DNA of 64,000 nt from SAR86 cluster bacterium. GTDB taxonomy: Bacteria > Pseudomonadota > Gammaproteobacteria > Magnimaribacterales > AG-339-G14. The first letter of the stretch is position 1, and each line of letters starts with the position of its first letter. A program made the position numbers and the translations under genes. The stretch lies in assembly GCA_028140145.1 (NCBI GenBank), contig JAOIOC010000001.1, forward strand, positions 61,608 to 125,607, given 5' to 3'. Below, one piece after another: positions 1-10,403 of this stretch. The notes under the pieces are model-generated. The model searched no databases. It saw only the letters and a list, made by a program, of their open reading frames with translations, and was not told the DNA's origin.

Positions 1-126
1 GAGAGAATTCCAGACGATGTAGCTCAATTAACAAAATCGCAAGTGGGTTCGGATATGGCAATGTGGGCGAGTTATCAGCCTCTGTATGACTTAATGCTTG
101 AGAAAGATCCAAGCTTCTTAAATTAG
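1..126 (+). CDS. 3' end of an unidentified CDS (partial, runs off the window start)
   Basis: Frame 1 is open from base 1 to the TAG at 124-126, 3 nt before the next start codon. The C-terminal 41 aa (...AMWASYQPLYDLMLEKDPSFLN) are not recognised. Confidence 0.35.
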   Translation, partial: ERIPDDVAQLTKSQVGSDMAMWASYQPLYDLMLEKDPSFLN

Positions 127-129
127 GCC

Positions 130-1515
130 ATGTTTCTGGTTTACCTGCTTGGGGTAGTACTATTTTTTTCCTTTCTTGCAAATTTTGCATTCAGGAAAAT
201 TTTTAAATCTTTACGCTGGGTAGATAAGCCGGATGGAATAAAGAAACTTCATAAGAATGATATACCTCTTTCTGGAGGAATATCTTTCATATCATCATTA
301 ATTTTTGCAGTTCTAATCTTTGATTTCTTTGCAGGGGTAAATTTCAATTTATCCTGGAATGGCTTTTTTGTTGGAGATTCTATCAAACAAGATAATTCAT
401 TAAATCAAAATCTTGATAAAAAAATTGATCTTATTGGTAATGACTCTTTTGAGATTGAAGTTGTTGATATTAATGAAAATTCTCAAGCAGTCGTAGTCAT
501 AAATAAGAAAACTTTTGAAACAGAATTGATGGAAGTTTATAAAGATGAGTCTGGTTCTTTCCAAATCAAAGGTAATGGTTTCGAGGCTAACTCAAATTAC
601 ATTCAAGACGCCCTGTTACCTCCAAAAGTTACTGTGAATATTAATGGCAATGAGTCAACTTACTATCAAAAAATTAATGTTAACGTTCCACCTTTTTTTA
701 TATGGATGTTAATAACAGGAATAATTCTTGCTTTTATAACTTTAATTGATGATTTATGGGGATTAAGCGTCCCAACGAGATTCTTATCCCAAGCTTCAGC
801 ATGTTTGGTTCTTATCACTCAGTCTGGTTTATATATAGATAATCTAGGAAATTTATTTGGTTTAGGTTTCATTGAACTCAATCCAGCACTAGGAGTCTTA
901 TTCACAATTTTTTGTGTGATGGGCATTCTGAATGCTTTTAATTGGATTGATGGCTTCAATGGAGGCTTGACCAGCCAATTTCTTGTAGGTATCACGGCCC
1001 CTTTAATACTTTTATCAACGAACGACTCCCTTTTCATTGAGCAAATATATTTATTTCTAGTCATATGTTTTCTTCCTTATGCGCTTATGAATTTGAAAGT
1101 CATTGGAAAAAGGTTCGTAATTTTTATGGGAGATCATGGATCAATGTTTTGTGGATACATTGTGGCATGGTGCTTAATTTATTTTGCAATGGAAAGGGCA
1201 GACTACATGAATCCTATAACAGCTGTTTGGATCGTTGGGTTTGTTTTATTTAACGCGATATCTACAATAATTATTAGACTTGTGAATAAGAAATCTCCTT
1301 TAACGTCTGATAGAAGCCATATTCATCATGCACTAGATAGACTTGGCCTAAAGGGGCTAAGAGTTTCTTTTGTTGTTTTAGTAATCTCATCTATGCTCGC
1401 TCTAACCGGTGTAACTCTTGAATTAATTGGCATATCAGAGTTAGTTTCCATGCTTCTTTTAGTTTTTGTAAGCATAGTATTTCTGAGATATAGGTTTAAT
1501 TTAGAGAATTCCTAA
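130..1515 (+). CDS. Polyprenyl-phosphate N-acetylhexosamine-1-phosphate transferase (WecA/MraY family, PNPT) with a large loop insertion
   Basis: Multi-TM protein with PNPT motifs VDKPDGIKKLHKNDIPLSGG, IDDLWGL, NAFNWIDGFNGG, MGDHGSMFCGY and HIHHALDRLG. An extra hydrophilic segment of about 115 aa lies between predicted TM2 and TM3. Confidence 0.8.
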   Translation: MFLVYLLGVVLFFSFLANFAFRKIFKSLRWVDKPDGIKKLHKNDIPLSGGISFISSLIFAVLIFDFFAGVNFNLSWNGFFVGDSIKQDNSLNQNLDKKIDLIGNDSFEIEVVDINENSQAVVVINKKTFETELMEVYKDESGSFQIKGNGFEANSNYIQDALLPPKVTVNINGNESTYYQKINVNVPPFFIWMLITGIILAFITLIDDLWGLSVPTRFLSQASACLVLITQSGLYIDNLGNLFGLGFIELNPALGVLFTIFCVMGILNAFNWIDGFNGGLTSQFLVGITAPLILLSTNDSLFIEQIYLFLVICFLPYALMNLKVIGKRFVIFMGDHGSMFCGYIVAWCLIYFAMERADYMNPITAVWIVGFVLFNAISTIIIRLVNKKSPLTSDRSHIHHALDRLGLKGLRVSFVVLVISSMLALTGVTLELIGISELVSMLLLVFVSIVFLRYRFNLENS

Positions 1516-2050
1516 AATTTTTTAAATACAGGTATCCTCCTAAAGCACCAAGAACAGCTCCGTAACACGCACCAGCAAAAACCTGATATGGAAAATGTTT
1601 TCCAAGATAGATTCTAGATATAGCTACTGAGCAAGAAATTAAAAGAAAAGTAAGAGAATATCTATTAATTTTAAAAATAATTAATAAAAATAATGCCCCT
1701 GCAAAAAAATTAGCTGAATGATTTGAAGGCATTCCTGTCAAAGTTGCAGAACATTGATTCAAAAGTTGACCTTTACTATCTAAAAGATATGAATAGTCAG
1801 AAAAACATGGCCTAAAGTCTAAAAAGTAGCTTTTTAAAAGATTTGCACTGAAGTCAGTTATTCCAACGGTCAAAATCCAAGCTACAAAAACCCAAAATAA
1901 TTTCTCTTGAGATTTGTAAAAAAAATACGGAGTAACAAAAAAAGCCAAAAACAATCCAAACAAATTATTGCTTAGGGTTTGCATCAGACTCTCTAAAAAA
2001 TTGCTTTGACCTCTCAGAGAGTTAAATAATTCTAGGAGACCAAAATCCAC
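1496..2050 (-). CDS. PAP2-family lipid phosphatase (undecaprenyl-diphosphate or lipid A phosphatase type)
   Basis: Membrane protein with the three PAP2 motifs KSYFLDFRP, PSNHS and SRIYLGKHFPYQ. Its 3' end overlaps the convergent WecA-like gene by 20 nt. Confidence 0.75.
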   Translation of the reverse strand: MDFGLLELFNSLRGQSNFLESLMQTLSNNLFGLFLAFFVTPYFFYKSQEKLFWVFVAWILTVGITDFSANLLKSYFLDFRPCFSDYSYLLDSKGQLLNQCSATLTGMPSNHSANFFAGALFLLIIFKINRYSLTFLLISCSVAISRIYLGKHFPYQVFAGACYGAVLGALGGYLYLKNFRNSLN

Positions 2051-2055
2051 AAGAT

Positions 2056-2655
2056 TTACTTTAAGATTTCTTCCTCGACTTGTCCTAACCTGTCTTTTCC
2101 AAAAAACATTTCATTGCCAACAAAGAAAGTTGGAATCCCAAAAACACCTCTTTCTACAGCTTCAGAAGTTTTATCCATCAAAGAAGATTTAATATCAGGA
2201 TCATTCATACCATCCATTAGCAGTGAAGAATCAAAACCCCAATGATCGTATTCTGCCTTGATAACCTCAGGATCGTCCATTTTCTTTTCTCTTTCCCACA
2301 TGGATCTTGTAATTTTTTGAACGTAGTCCATAAGGAAGCCTTCTTTTTCGGCAACAACAGCTGCCCTCATAATTTGAAGTGTAATCACAGGAAAATTTGG
2401 ATTCATTTTAAAGTCTGAAAGATTATGCTTATTTATGAATCTCTGCATTTCTACACCATCATAATCAAGTTTATTTTTGATTCCTGCAAAAGCTACCATG
2501 GGAGGTTGATTGTTAGTCAATTTAAATATGCCTCCTAATAAAGCTAATTTAATATTGAATTTAAAACCTAACTTATCCTCAAGCTCCTTTCCAGCCATTA
2601 ACGAAAGATAAGCATTTGGACTTGCGAAATCAAAGTAAAAGTCTACTTCCTTCAT
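2056..2655 (-). CDS. 2-hydroxychromene-2-carboxylate isomerase / DsbA-like thioredoxin-fold protein
   Basis: N-terminal DFYFDFASPNAYL and C-terminal GVFGIPTFFVGNEMFFGKDRL are typical of the HCCA isomerase family. Confidence 0.75.
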   Translation of the reverse strand: MKEVDFYFDFASPNAYLSLMAGKELEDKLGFKFNIKLALLGGIFKLTNNQPPMVAFAGIKNKLDYDGVEMQRFINKHNLSDFKMNPNFPVITLQIMRAAVVAEKEGFLMDYVQKITRSMWEREKKMDDPEVIKAEYDHWGFDSSLLMDGMNDPDIKSSLMDKTSEAVERGVFGIPTFFVGNEMFFGKDRLGQVEEEILK

Positions 2656-2688
2656 AAAAACTCCTTTTTACTTATTATTCTTTCAATT

Positions 2689-2703
2689 CTTGCAGCTTGC
2701 AAG
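2689..2703. repeat. Perfect inverted repeat CTTGCA-gct-TGCAAG in a divergent intergenic region (possible operator)
   Basis: Read directly from the sequence. It lies between the divergent starts at 2655 and 2737. No regulator is assigned. Confidence 0.25.
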
Positions 2704-2736
2704 GGCAATGATAGAATCTTTGTTAGGAGATAAAAC

Positions 2737-3954
2737 ATGGATATAAAACCAATACCAACACTTTCAGAAGAAGTTAATGACATAAGAACTAGAACAGCAA
2801 ATATTGTTGCTGAACATATTATTCCAAATGAAAAGGATATTTATTTAGGTGGAGATAAATCTAAATCTCTCCGAGAGGATATTAGACAAGAAGTAAAAAA
2901 AGAAAAGCTATGGGCACCTCATCTACCAGAAGAGTATGGAGGAATGGGAATAGGTTTCATAGCTCATGCCTATATGAATGAGATTTTAGCCTGGTCTCCT
3001 TTATCCAATAGACTTTTTGGAGTCATAGCTCCAAATTCGGGTAATCAAAAAGTACTCCTTAAATACGGCTCTGAAGAACAAAAGAAAAAATGGCTGCTCC
3101 CATTAATAGAGGGAGAAATGGAATCATGCTTTTCTATGACCGAGCCTGATAATGCAGGTTCTGATCCTAGATCGATAAAAACAACAGCAAAAAAAGATGG
3201 AGATCACTGGGTTATAAACGGACATAAAGTTATGACATCTAACGGTATCAGAGCTGATTTCGCGATAGTTATGTGTCGAACTGAAGAAGAAGATGGATCT
3301 GGAGGGGTGAATTCAAGAATGTCTCAAATTATTGTTCCCACAGACTCAGCAGGATTCAATATAGTTAGATCAGTTCCTATATGGGGACATACCGGGGGAG
3401 ATCACGTGGAAATTAAATACGAAAATGTCAGGGTTCCTGTAGAAAATACTCTGGGGGCAAGAGGATCAGGTCATCAAGCTGCTCAGGATAGATTGGGAGC
3501 AGGAAGAGTTTTTCACTGTATGAATTCTATAGGACAAATGTGGCGAGCATTTGATCTAATGCTCAAAAGAACTATTGAGAGAGAAGTACATGGTGGAAAG
3601 TTAGAAACCAAACAACTTATTCAAGGTTTTATTGCTGACTCATACATTGATATTCAAACAGCCAGGCTTATGACTATTCATTGTGCAGAAGTAATGGAAG
3701 CTGAAGGCAACCCAAGAGTTGATATCTCCGCACTAAAAGTATACGTCCCAAATGCTATGCACAAAGTCGTAGACAGAGCAATTCAAGTATACGGTTGGAA
3801 AGGCGTTTCATCTGATCTACCTCTAGCCGGAATGTATCAGGGAGCTAGAACGTTAAGACTTGCTGATGGACCTGATGAAGTTCACAGAGTATTAATAGCT
3901 AAGGAGATTTTGAAAAAATATCACGAAGGTCTTTCTTGGGACTTTGGTTTTTAA
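2737..3954 (+). CDS. Acyl-CoA dehydrogenase family protein
   Basis: 405 aa with ACAD signatures CFSMTEPDNAGSDP, HWVINGHK and a C-terminal GPDEVHR. AGGAGA lies upstream of the ATG. Confidence 0.85.
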   Translation: MDIKPIPTLSEEVNDIRTRTANIVAEHIIPNEKDIYLGGDKSKSLREDIRQEVKKEKLWAPHLPEEYGGMGIGFIAHAYMNEILAWSPLSNRLFGVIAPNSGNQKVLLKYGSEEQKKKWLLPLIEGEMESCFSMTEPDNAGSDPRSIKTTAKKDGDHWVINGHKVMTSNGIRADFAIVMCRTEEEDGSGGVNSRMSQIIVPTDSAGFNIVRSVPIWGHTGGDHVEIKYENVRVPVENTLGARGSGHQAAQDRLGAGRVFHCMNSIGQMWRAFDLMLKRTIEREVHGGKLETKQLIQGFIADSYIDIQTARLMTIHCAEVMEAEGNPRVDISALKVYVPNAMHKVVDRAIQVYGWKGVSSDLPLAGMYQGARTLRLADGPDEVHRVLIAKEILKKYHEGLSWDFGF

Positions 3955-3955
3955 A

Positions 3956-4405
3956 TTATTTTCTTACAGTATCTTTCATCTGCTTCAGGTATTTTTTATT
4001 AATATCTGCCATTTTTGCTGTGCAAGTAGCTGAGGCAATCAATTTATCGTCTTGAAATAATTCCGAAGAGAGAAATCCAATTGATTTTCCAATCTTAGTA
4101 ACTTTTGCTCTAGCTAAATATTTACCAGGTGCTCCGGATGATAAATAATTGATATTCATATCAATCGTCATGGGAGATTTTTCGTAATCAGTTAACTCAA
4201 ATGCTAGAAAAGCCATTGAACAATCAAGCATAGTTGCAACGAAACCTCCTTGAAGAATTCTTCCGCCAGTGTGACAAAAGTCTGAAGAAGCTTCAAAGCT
4301 CATTGATAGAGTTTCTTCAGTCTTATTTACTTCTTCAACTTTGGCATTGAATATATCAAGATATACAGGTCTATGGTCTGAATTATTTGATTGATTTGAA
4401 CGCAT
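3956..4405 (-). CDS. PaaI/hotdog-fold thioesterase
   Basis: 149 aa. HTGGRILQGGFVATMLDCSM plus the C-terminal strand pattern (GKSIGFLSSELF) are typical of PaaI-type thioesterases. Confidence 0.65.
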   Translation of the reverse strand: MRSNQSNNSDHRPVYLDIFNAKVEEVNKTEETLSMSFEASSDFCHTGGRILQGGFVATMLDCSMAFLAFELTDYEKSPMTIDMNINYLSSGAPGKYLARAKVTKIGKSIGFLSSELFQDDKLIASATCTAKMADINKKYLKQMKDTVRK

Positions 4406-5780
4406 CTATTGCTCTAAGTCTTGAAGATTTCAAGTCTACAATCATTTCTGGATAGTTTAAAGATGATCTAGTTTCTTTGGAGGGGTTATGTATCTCATTT
4501 GATGGACATTCAACTAACTCAGGCACAAAATTTTTAATAAATTTACCGTCAGGATCAAATTTTTCAGACTGAGTAATCGGATTAAAAATTCTAAAATAAG
4601 GAGATGCATCAACTCCTGTAGACGCGCTCCATTGCCAACCACCGTTATTTGAACAAAAATCTCCATCTATTAAATTTTCCATAAAATATCTCTCTCCTTT
4701 TCTCCAATCTATGAGTAAATTTTTACTTAGGAACATTGCTGTAATCATTCTAAGTCGGTTATGCATCCATTTTGTCTGATTTAACTGCCTCATAGCTGCG
4801 TCAATAATGGGAATTCCAGTTTTACCTTCACACCATTTGATGAAAGAACCTTCATCTTCTCTCCAAGAAAGTAGATCATATTTTGGATTAAAGCTCTTTC
4901 CTTTAGATACGTGAGGGAAATGATAGGTAATATACTTATAAAATTCTCTCCAAATTATTTCGTTTACCCATGCAAACTGACCTTTTCCGGTTCCATCTGA
5001 ATTTGAGAGAACTTGATTTATAGCTTGCTTAGAAGTTATTAGACCAATTGCGAATGAAGAAGATAAGTTGCTTGTTGCAGACAGACTTGGAATATCTCTT
5101 AATTCTTTGTAATTTGAAATAGAAGTTTCAATAAACTCTTCAAGCCTTTTGGCTGCTGATTTTTCTGTCACAGGATAATTATCGATAGAAAAATTAAACT
5201 CTTTATCATAAGAATCTTTAAATGAGGGAATCTCATCTTCATCTGTTATTTTTTTGTTCTGTTTTAAAGGTTCAGGTTCTTCCTGAAGCATTTCTGATGT
5301 TAATAAAGCCCTGATTTTTTTTGAATAAGGTGTAAAAACTTTAAAAGGCTGTCCAGTATTATTTTTGACCTTATTTGGATCAATAAGCTGAGAATCAAAC
5401 ATCTTAAGATTGATTTCATTTTTATTACATAATGATTCTAGTTTTTTATTTCTTAGTTGTTCATTGAAGGGATATTCAGAATTCAGAAATATATTTGTAA
5501 TTTGATGTTTTTTACAAAATTCTAAAATTTCTTTTGGCTCGTCTTTAATTTCTTGCGAATGAAGAATTTTAATTGGGATATTTAGGGAAACTAGAGAATT
5601 GCTTATTTCAGCTAATGCCCTCAGTTTAAGTTTTAATTTAGCTAAAGAATCTCCATGTTCTTCATTTTTACCTTTATTAATTATGTAGAGGGCAATTAAG
5701 CCTTTTTGTTCTGAAGAAGCTTCGTAGAGTGCTCTATTATCTTTAATCCTAAGGTCTTCAGAAAATATATAAAGGTTCAT
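4383..5780 (-). CDS. phrB: Deoxyribodipyrimidine photolyase (CPD photolyase/cryptochrome family)
   Basis: Motifs WREFYKY, TGIPIIDAAMRQL, WMHNRLRM and GGWQWSASTGVDASPYFRIFNP. Confidence 0.9.
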   Translation of the reverse strand: MNLYIFSEDLRIKDNRALYEASSEQKGLIALYIINKGKNEEHGDSLAKLKLKLRALAEISNSLVSLNIPIKILHSQEIKDEPKEILEFCKKHQITNIFLNSEYPFNEQLRNKKLESLCNKNEINLKMFDSQLIDPNKVKNNTGQPFKVFTPYSKKIRALLTSEMLQEEPEPLKQNKKITDEDEIPSFKDSYDKEFNFSIDNYPVTEKSAAKRLEEFIETSISNYKELRDIPSLSATSNLSSSFAIGLITSKQAINQVLSNSDGTGKGQFAWVNEIIWREFYKYITYHFPHVSKGKSFNPKYDLLSWREDEGSFIKWCEGKTGIPIIDAAMRQLNQTKWMHNRLRMITAMFLSKNLLIDWRKGERYFMENLIDGDFCSNNGGWQWSASTGVDASPYFRIFNPITQSEKFDPDGKFIKNFVPELVECPSNEIHNPSKETRSSLNYPEMIVDLKSSRLRAIDAFKSIK

Positions 5781-5973
5781 AAATATGGTGGTAGATCAGC
5801 GAGAATATTTCGCCCAACCTATTAAAATTAATACCCACTAACCTACCATAATTTGGCGGGTCTATTAAACCCGCCATGTTCAGGAATAGGAGAGATTATG
5901 GGGGAGAAAGATTACCTGAACAGATGCATTCTATATAAAAAAAAGAAAGGTAGAGGTTATAAAGTGGCAATCT

Positions 5974-7146
5974 TTAGTTATAAGTAACTTCTTCGAATTT
6001 TATGCCAGACTTAACTAACCTCTCTAAAAGTGGATTACCAAGCCCATATGCAGAAGTTAAAACTCCACCTGTATCAAGTTCATCAGAGATTGCCAAAGTA
6101 ACAGCAGACTCACAAACCATTTGTGCAGTTGCTTTGTAACCGGGATCTCCTTCTCCGAAAATTTGAAAGTATTTGACCTCACCATCCTCAGCTTCGACCT
6201 TAAATAATCCTTTGAACCAACCATTTTCTCTGGTTTCCTTATTTGGACCTTCGCCTGGTTTAGGTAAAAATCTCCTGACTATGTGCCTTAAGGGTGTCGA
6301 GATTACTAAAAAAGCGAATATCAATCCGAAACTGGCTAATCTTGCTGATCTTTTTGAGGGATAACTTCCAAGCTCTTTGAAGATGAAATCAGAACCATAA
6401 CTTCTTTGATCAGCATCATATAAAGCTGAACTTCGTCTTACGACTCTTGTATTGGCAAAAGACATTAATCCGATTCCTGAGTATGAATCTGTATTTTGAA
6501 TTCGTTTTATTTCAAAACCATCTTTACTTAATTTCCTTTGTTTTTCAGAAACGCTATTTTCTGGATTCAAAAGAAAAGGGTCTCTTTTTTCTTTTGGAAG
6601 AGGTCCAATAGTAAACATTGTTTCAGTTGTGCCCCCACTTACTCCTCCTTGACCTGAATGATAAACAGTGACCTTTTTGACAGGCTTCCCCATTTGTTGA
6701 ACTGAGTAAAAAACTCCCATATCTGAGGGGATAGAGTCATATCCGCATGAGGGTATTATCCTTGTTCCCTCCTCTGAAGCTTTATTGTGATGTTCATCTA
6801 TCAAATCTTTTACCCAATGATTCTCTCCAGTTATATCAGTGTAATGAGTTTTATTTTCAACGCATGATTTGACGATAAAATTACTGTATCTGGCAAAAGG
6901 ACCTGCGGTAGACAATATTACTTTTGTTTTGCGCACAATATGATCGATTGAATCTTTATCTTCTCCGTCTGCAACAAAAATTTCACAATTAAGCCTCAAT
7001 AAGTCTTTTAGGTTTTCTAATTTTTTCTTATTTCGTCCAGCTATTGCCCATTTAATTTCAGGGTAATTATCCCTTAGATACTCAGCACAGAGCCTTCCGG
7101 TAAATCCGGTGGCTCCATATAAGATTATTTGATATGCCCTATCCAT
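5974..7146 (-). CDS. Saccharopine dehydrogenase-like NAD(P)-binding oxidoreductase
   Basis: N-terminal Rossmann motif [12 protein letters not shown]. Length and the [10 protein letters not shown] motif are typical of the saccharopine dehydrogenase-like family. Confidence 0.7.
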   Translation of the reverse strand: MDRAYQIILYGATGFTGRLCAEYLRDNYPEIKWAIAGRNKKKLENLKDLLRLNCEIFVADGEDKDSIDHIVRKTKVILSTAGPFARYSNFIVKSCVENKTHYTDITGENHWVKDLIDEHHNKASEEGTRIIPSCGYDSIPSDMGVFYSVQQMGKPVKKVTVYHSGQGGVSGGTTETMFTIGPLPKEKRDPFLLNPENSVSEKQRKLSKDGFEIKRIQNTDSYSGIGLMSFANTRVVRRSSALYDADQRSYGSDFIFKELGSYPSKRSARLASFGLIFAFLVISTPLRHIVRRFLPKPGEGPNKETRENGWFKGLFKVEAEDGEVKYFQIFGEGDPGYKATAQMVCESAVTLAISDELDTGGVLTSAYGLGNPLLERLVKSGIKFEEVTYN

Positions 7147-7152
7147 ATTGAT

Positions 7153-7229
7153 TGGTCGGGACGGCTGGATTTGAACCAGCGACCACTTGACCCCCAGTCA
7201 AGTGCGCTACCAGACTGCGCCACGCCCCG
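7153..7229 (-). tRNA. tRNA-Pro (anticodon GGG)
   Basis: The reverse complement reads CGGGGCGTGGCGCAGTCTGGTAGCGCACTTGACTGGGGGTCAAGTGGTCGCTGGTTCAAATCCAGCCGTCCCGACCA. It folds by hand into a 77-nt cloverleaf with a 7-bp acceptor stem (one G-U), a TTCAAAT T-loop, anticodon loop CTGGGGG and an encoded CCA. Confidence 0.93.
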
Positions 7230-7247
7230 AATTTTAATCGAGACAGA

Positions 7248-10200
7248 CTAAGATCCATCTACAGTCAAAGGCTTACAGACTTCGACTATCTCTCCATGAT
7301 CTACGCAAACTTCACCAGAATTTAGCAGTGTTGAATCATCTGGCACTACTCCAATAAAGGCAGAATCATAAATTTGTGGTTGAACATCGTCTAGGCCAGT
7401 TACTAAGGTAGTATAAATATTTTGACCTACAGCTCCTGGTAGTGGTTTAAGATAATACTCTCCTCTCAAAAACTTTGATTTAAGCTCAGTTTCACCGTCT
7501 TCACTCATTACAATAGTGCCATCAGGAATCACATAAGTGGGGAAACCTCTTGTATTTTGTCTGTCGGTTTCTGATAGTGAGTCCCAGTCGAGATACTCAC
7601 CAAGCTCTTCCCAGGTTGCGATATTAAAGTTAGTCCATTCAAAACCATGAAGTCTTCCAAAACCTGCATATTCAAGTGTCTTTTTCCTGCCCGCATCTGA
7701 ACCAAAACTTGCATCATTGGGAAGTGTTAAGGTGACTGCTTCAGGTCTTGAAATTTCTACTAATGCTCCATTAGAGTCATAAACTTGATAATTTACCCAA
7801 GGATCCCAAAAAACTTCGTAGTATTCTGTCATTTTCCAAAGCTTGCTATTGCAATATCTAAAATTTTCTGAAGATTGGACTGTAGAATCTGAATGATATT
7901 CATAAGCATTTTTAGAACCGTCATTGTTGGTGTCACGGGTTTTTTCACATTCAACTTCTGAGGCTTTTGACATATCAAAAAGTGTCATGTGATTCTTCAT
8001 GCCCCAGCAGTCTGTATCAACACCATTGGGTTCTTTAATACAAATATTTCCTTCGAATTTATTCCAAGGATTATTTAGTTCATACATCCCGGCAGGCAAA
8101 ACAATTGGTATATTAGTAACCGTATCTGCAATTGATTCTCCAGAAACTTGATATTGCATAACCTCATTAGACAAAACACCTTCTTGTGTCCAATTTCCTT
8201 TATCCGTTCCAGCACGGACATAAGGTCCTGTTGGAAGAGCTGATGTATCACCACCAGCTAAAGCTGGGCTCGAGTAAGGATTATTATCTAACGTTCCTGT
8301 AGCTGGAGCATCTTCAGTGCCTGTTGCAATTAAGGCTAACGCTTCATTGAAATATGCTGTGAAACTCGGTCCAGACAGACATCTCTCGATGCATCCTAAA
8401 GTCAATCCGGCAAGTTCAGAAGGAGCAATATCTTTCTCAGTTCTTCTCTTCACTAGCTCATCAGCAGGAGCAGCTAAAGCATCTCCCCTGATTTCATAAC
8501 CTTGACCACGACCATGTGCCCATAAGTTTCTCCAAACTTCATAGCCATTAGCACTATTTCTGTCATCGTCCCAAATTTCTAGATATTCGGCCGGCGTAAA
8601 AGTGAATGGAGTAATGTCAACTTCAGCAACCCATCTGTTATTGACTTCTTTAACAGCTCTATCAAAAACAAAAGCGCCTACTGGAGTAGTTCCACTTGAG
8701 GAATAGGCTGCATCCCAATAACCCATGAATATGTTATAAGGGTTACCGTTATCATCAACGGACTCAGTTGGAACTCCTAATTCTCGCCATCTTTCTATAG
8801 GACATCTATCATCTTCACCATTTGAATTATTATCCATATCGTTATCTGCAAGAGTAGTCCCAGTCCATACCTTGTAATCATTCCACCAACAGTTACCTCC
8901 GGTCTCAGTTCTGTCCCACTCAATATGAAGGTTTAATTCAACACCTGAAAGGCTATTCAAAGAAACCTTATCGATAGACATTTTTCTTAGGGTCATTTTT
9001 CTCTGTTTTAAATTGTATGAAGAAGTATCATCAGAATTTACTTTCTTAAAGACAGTCGTATCAGTAACATTAGATCTCATTTCTTCCCAAATATGTGTTC
9101 CCCAGTAATCAGCCCAAGCATAAATTGGTTCAGTTCTATTATCATCGTAAGGTGAAGTAAATTCTTCTTCTGTTTTAAGCTCGAAACCAGGATTTTTCAT
9201 ATCATAGCGAAGATCATCTGCTGTGGTATAGAGACCGTATTCCCAGACAGCTAGTTTTGCATCCGCTGCATTTGTAGATTCACATTTTTCCTGAACGCCC
9301 TGAGCAGGTCCTTGTTGAGCCAACCAGGGAAACTCATCTGTTCTGAAATCATAAGATAGATAATTTTCCAGATCAGGTGTAATTACAGCTTCAGATTGGT
9401 TATCTTGTCTAGTTCTTCTATTTGCACCAACTAATTTTGTGCAAGATGCTTTGGTATTCTCATCATAGGAAAATGCAAGAATCAGCTCACCGTCCCAAAA
9501 GTTTGGGTTTGCATCACTTTGTTCTCCACAAATTGAAGGGTCGGCCTGTCTTTCCTGCCACTCAACAAGTTTTCCATCAATGAAACACTCGGAAGCATAA
9601 GATTTCCAAATTCCATCTCGTCCGTTTGCATTATCACTCATCAAAATGCTTCTTCCTCTTGGACCAAGAAATAAAGTTTGAGCATCGGTTGTGTCTAATC
9701 TGCCTGCCCCCATCTGCTCTCCTGCAGGTGGGCACTTATAATAATGTTCCAAGTAGTCGCTATAAAAAGATTGAGTGCCCTCTGCTACGCCTGCGTCTAA
9801 GGCAGCTTGCCTGGCTTCTTCTTCATTCTGATAGGGCGCATTCTGACAATTCGACTCGGCCACGAAATCAAGCTCTATATCTCCATTAGGATCAGCTTCT
9901 GTTGCACCTGAAAGAACTTTCGCCAGAAAATAAATGAGCATGTCGGGTTCTGCATCCCACATTCCTTCATAATCTGCTTGGGCCTCTGAATAATCACCTT
10001 GTTGGAAAAACCAACCTCTAACCTCTATGTAATCTTTATTTCTTACTTCACTAAAAGCTGACTTAACGTCTAAAACAAATGAACTAGGTATTTCAACTTC
10101 TGATGCACCTTGTTGTTGCTGATTTCCTTGCTGAGCAGCGTTTTGTGCCGCTTGTCTGGCTGCACTTACATCACATCTAGAATCATAAACTTGAGCCCTG

Positions 10201-10385
10201 TAAGGACCTTTATCAATAAATTGCTCAACTTTAAGTTTTGAAATAGTACATAAAATATTATTGGCTTCGCCTAGGGTATTCTCAACTTCATTATTGGCCG
10301 TATAAATCTCTTTTTTATCTTCGTTATAGGATTGAGAGTAGCCAAGAGGACTCAAAATCAACAAAAGTAGTATTATTTTCTTCAT
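7248..10385 (-). CDS. Large secreted protein of unknown function (1045 aa, acidic, Trp/Cys-rich)
   Basis: AGGAGA sits 3 nt upstream of the ATG. Sec-type signal peptide [18 protein letters not shown]. Long uninterrupted ORF with no family motif I recognise. Confidence 0.8.
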   Translation of the reverse strand: MKKIILLLLILSPLGYSQSYNEDKKEIYTANNEVENTLGEANNILCTISKLKVEQFIDKGPYRAQVYDSRCDVSAARQAAQNAAQQGNQQQQGASEVEIPSSFVLDVKSAFSEVRNKDYIEVRGWFFQQGDYSEAQADYEGMWDAEPDMLIYFLAKVLSGATEADPNGDIELDFVAESNCQNAPYQNEEEARQAALDAGVAEGTQSFYSDYLEHYYKCPPAGEQMGAGRLDTTDAQTLFLGPRGRSILMSDNANGRDGIWKSYASECFIDGKLVEWQERQADPSICGEQSDANPNFWDGELILAFSYDENTKASCTKLVGANRRTRQDNQSEAVITPDLENYLSYDFRTDEFPWLAQQGPAQGVQEKCESTNAADAKLAVWEYGLYTTADDLRYDMKNPGFELKTEEEFTSPYDDNRTEPIYAWADYWGTHIWEEMRSNVTDTTVFKKVNSDDTSSYNLKQRKMTLRKMSIDKVSLNSLSGVELNLHIEWDRTETGGNCWWNDYKVWTGTTLADNDMDNNSNGEDDRCPIERWRELGVPTESVDDNGNPYNIFMGYWDAAYSSSGTTPVGAFVFDRAVKEVNNRWVAEVDITPFTFTPAEYLEIWDDDRNSANGYEVWRNLWAHGRGQGYEIRGDALAAPADELVKRRTEKDIAPSELAGLTLGCIERCLSGPSFTAYFNEALALIATGTEDAPATGTLDNNPYSSPALAGGDTSALPTGPYVRAGTDKGNWTQEGVLSNEVMQYQVSGESIADTVTNIPIVLPAGMYELNNPWNKFEGNICIKEPNGVDTDCWGMKNHMTLFDMSKASEVECEKTRDTNNDGSKNAYEYHSDSTVQSSENFRYCNSKLWKMTEYYEVFWDPWVNYQVYDSNGALVEISRPEAVTLTLPNDASFGSDAGRKKTLEYAGFGRLHGFEWTNFNIATWEELGEYLDWDSLSETDRQNTRGFPTYVIPDGTIVMSEDGETELKSKFLRGEYYLKPLPGAVGQNIYTTLVTGLDDVQPQIYDSAFIGVVPDDSTLLNSGEVCVDHGEIVEVCKPLTVDGS

Positions 10386-10403
10386 GTTTCTCCTAGATTT
10401 TTT

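Noticed and set aside
5854-5876. GC-rich hairpin as a Rho-independent terminator for the upstream minus-strand gene
   Set aside because: No U-tract follows the stem on either strand (AAATTATGG on minus, TGTTCAGG on plus). It does not fit the canonical intrinsic-terminator pattern and is kept only as an unexplained structure.
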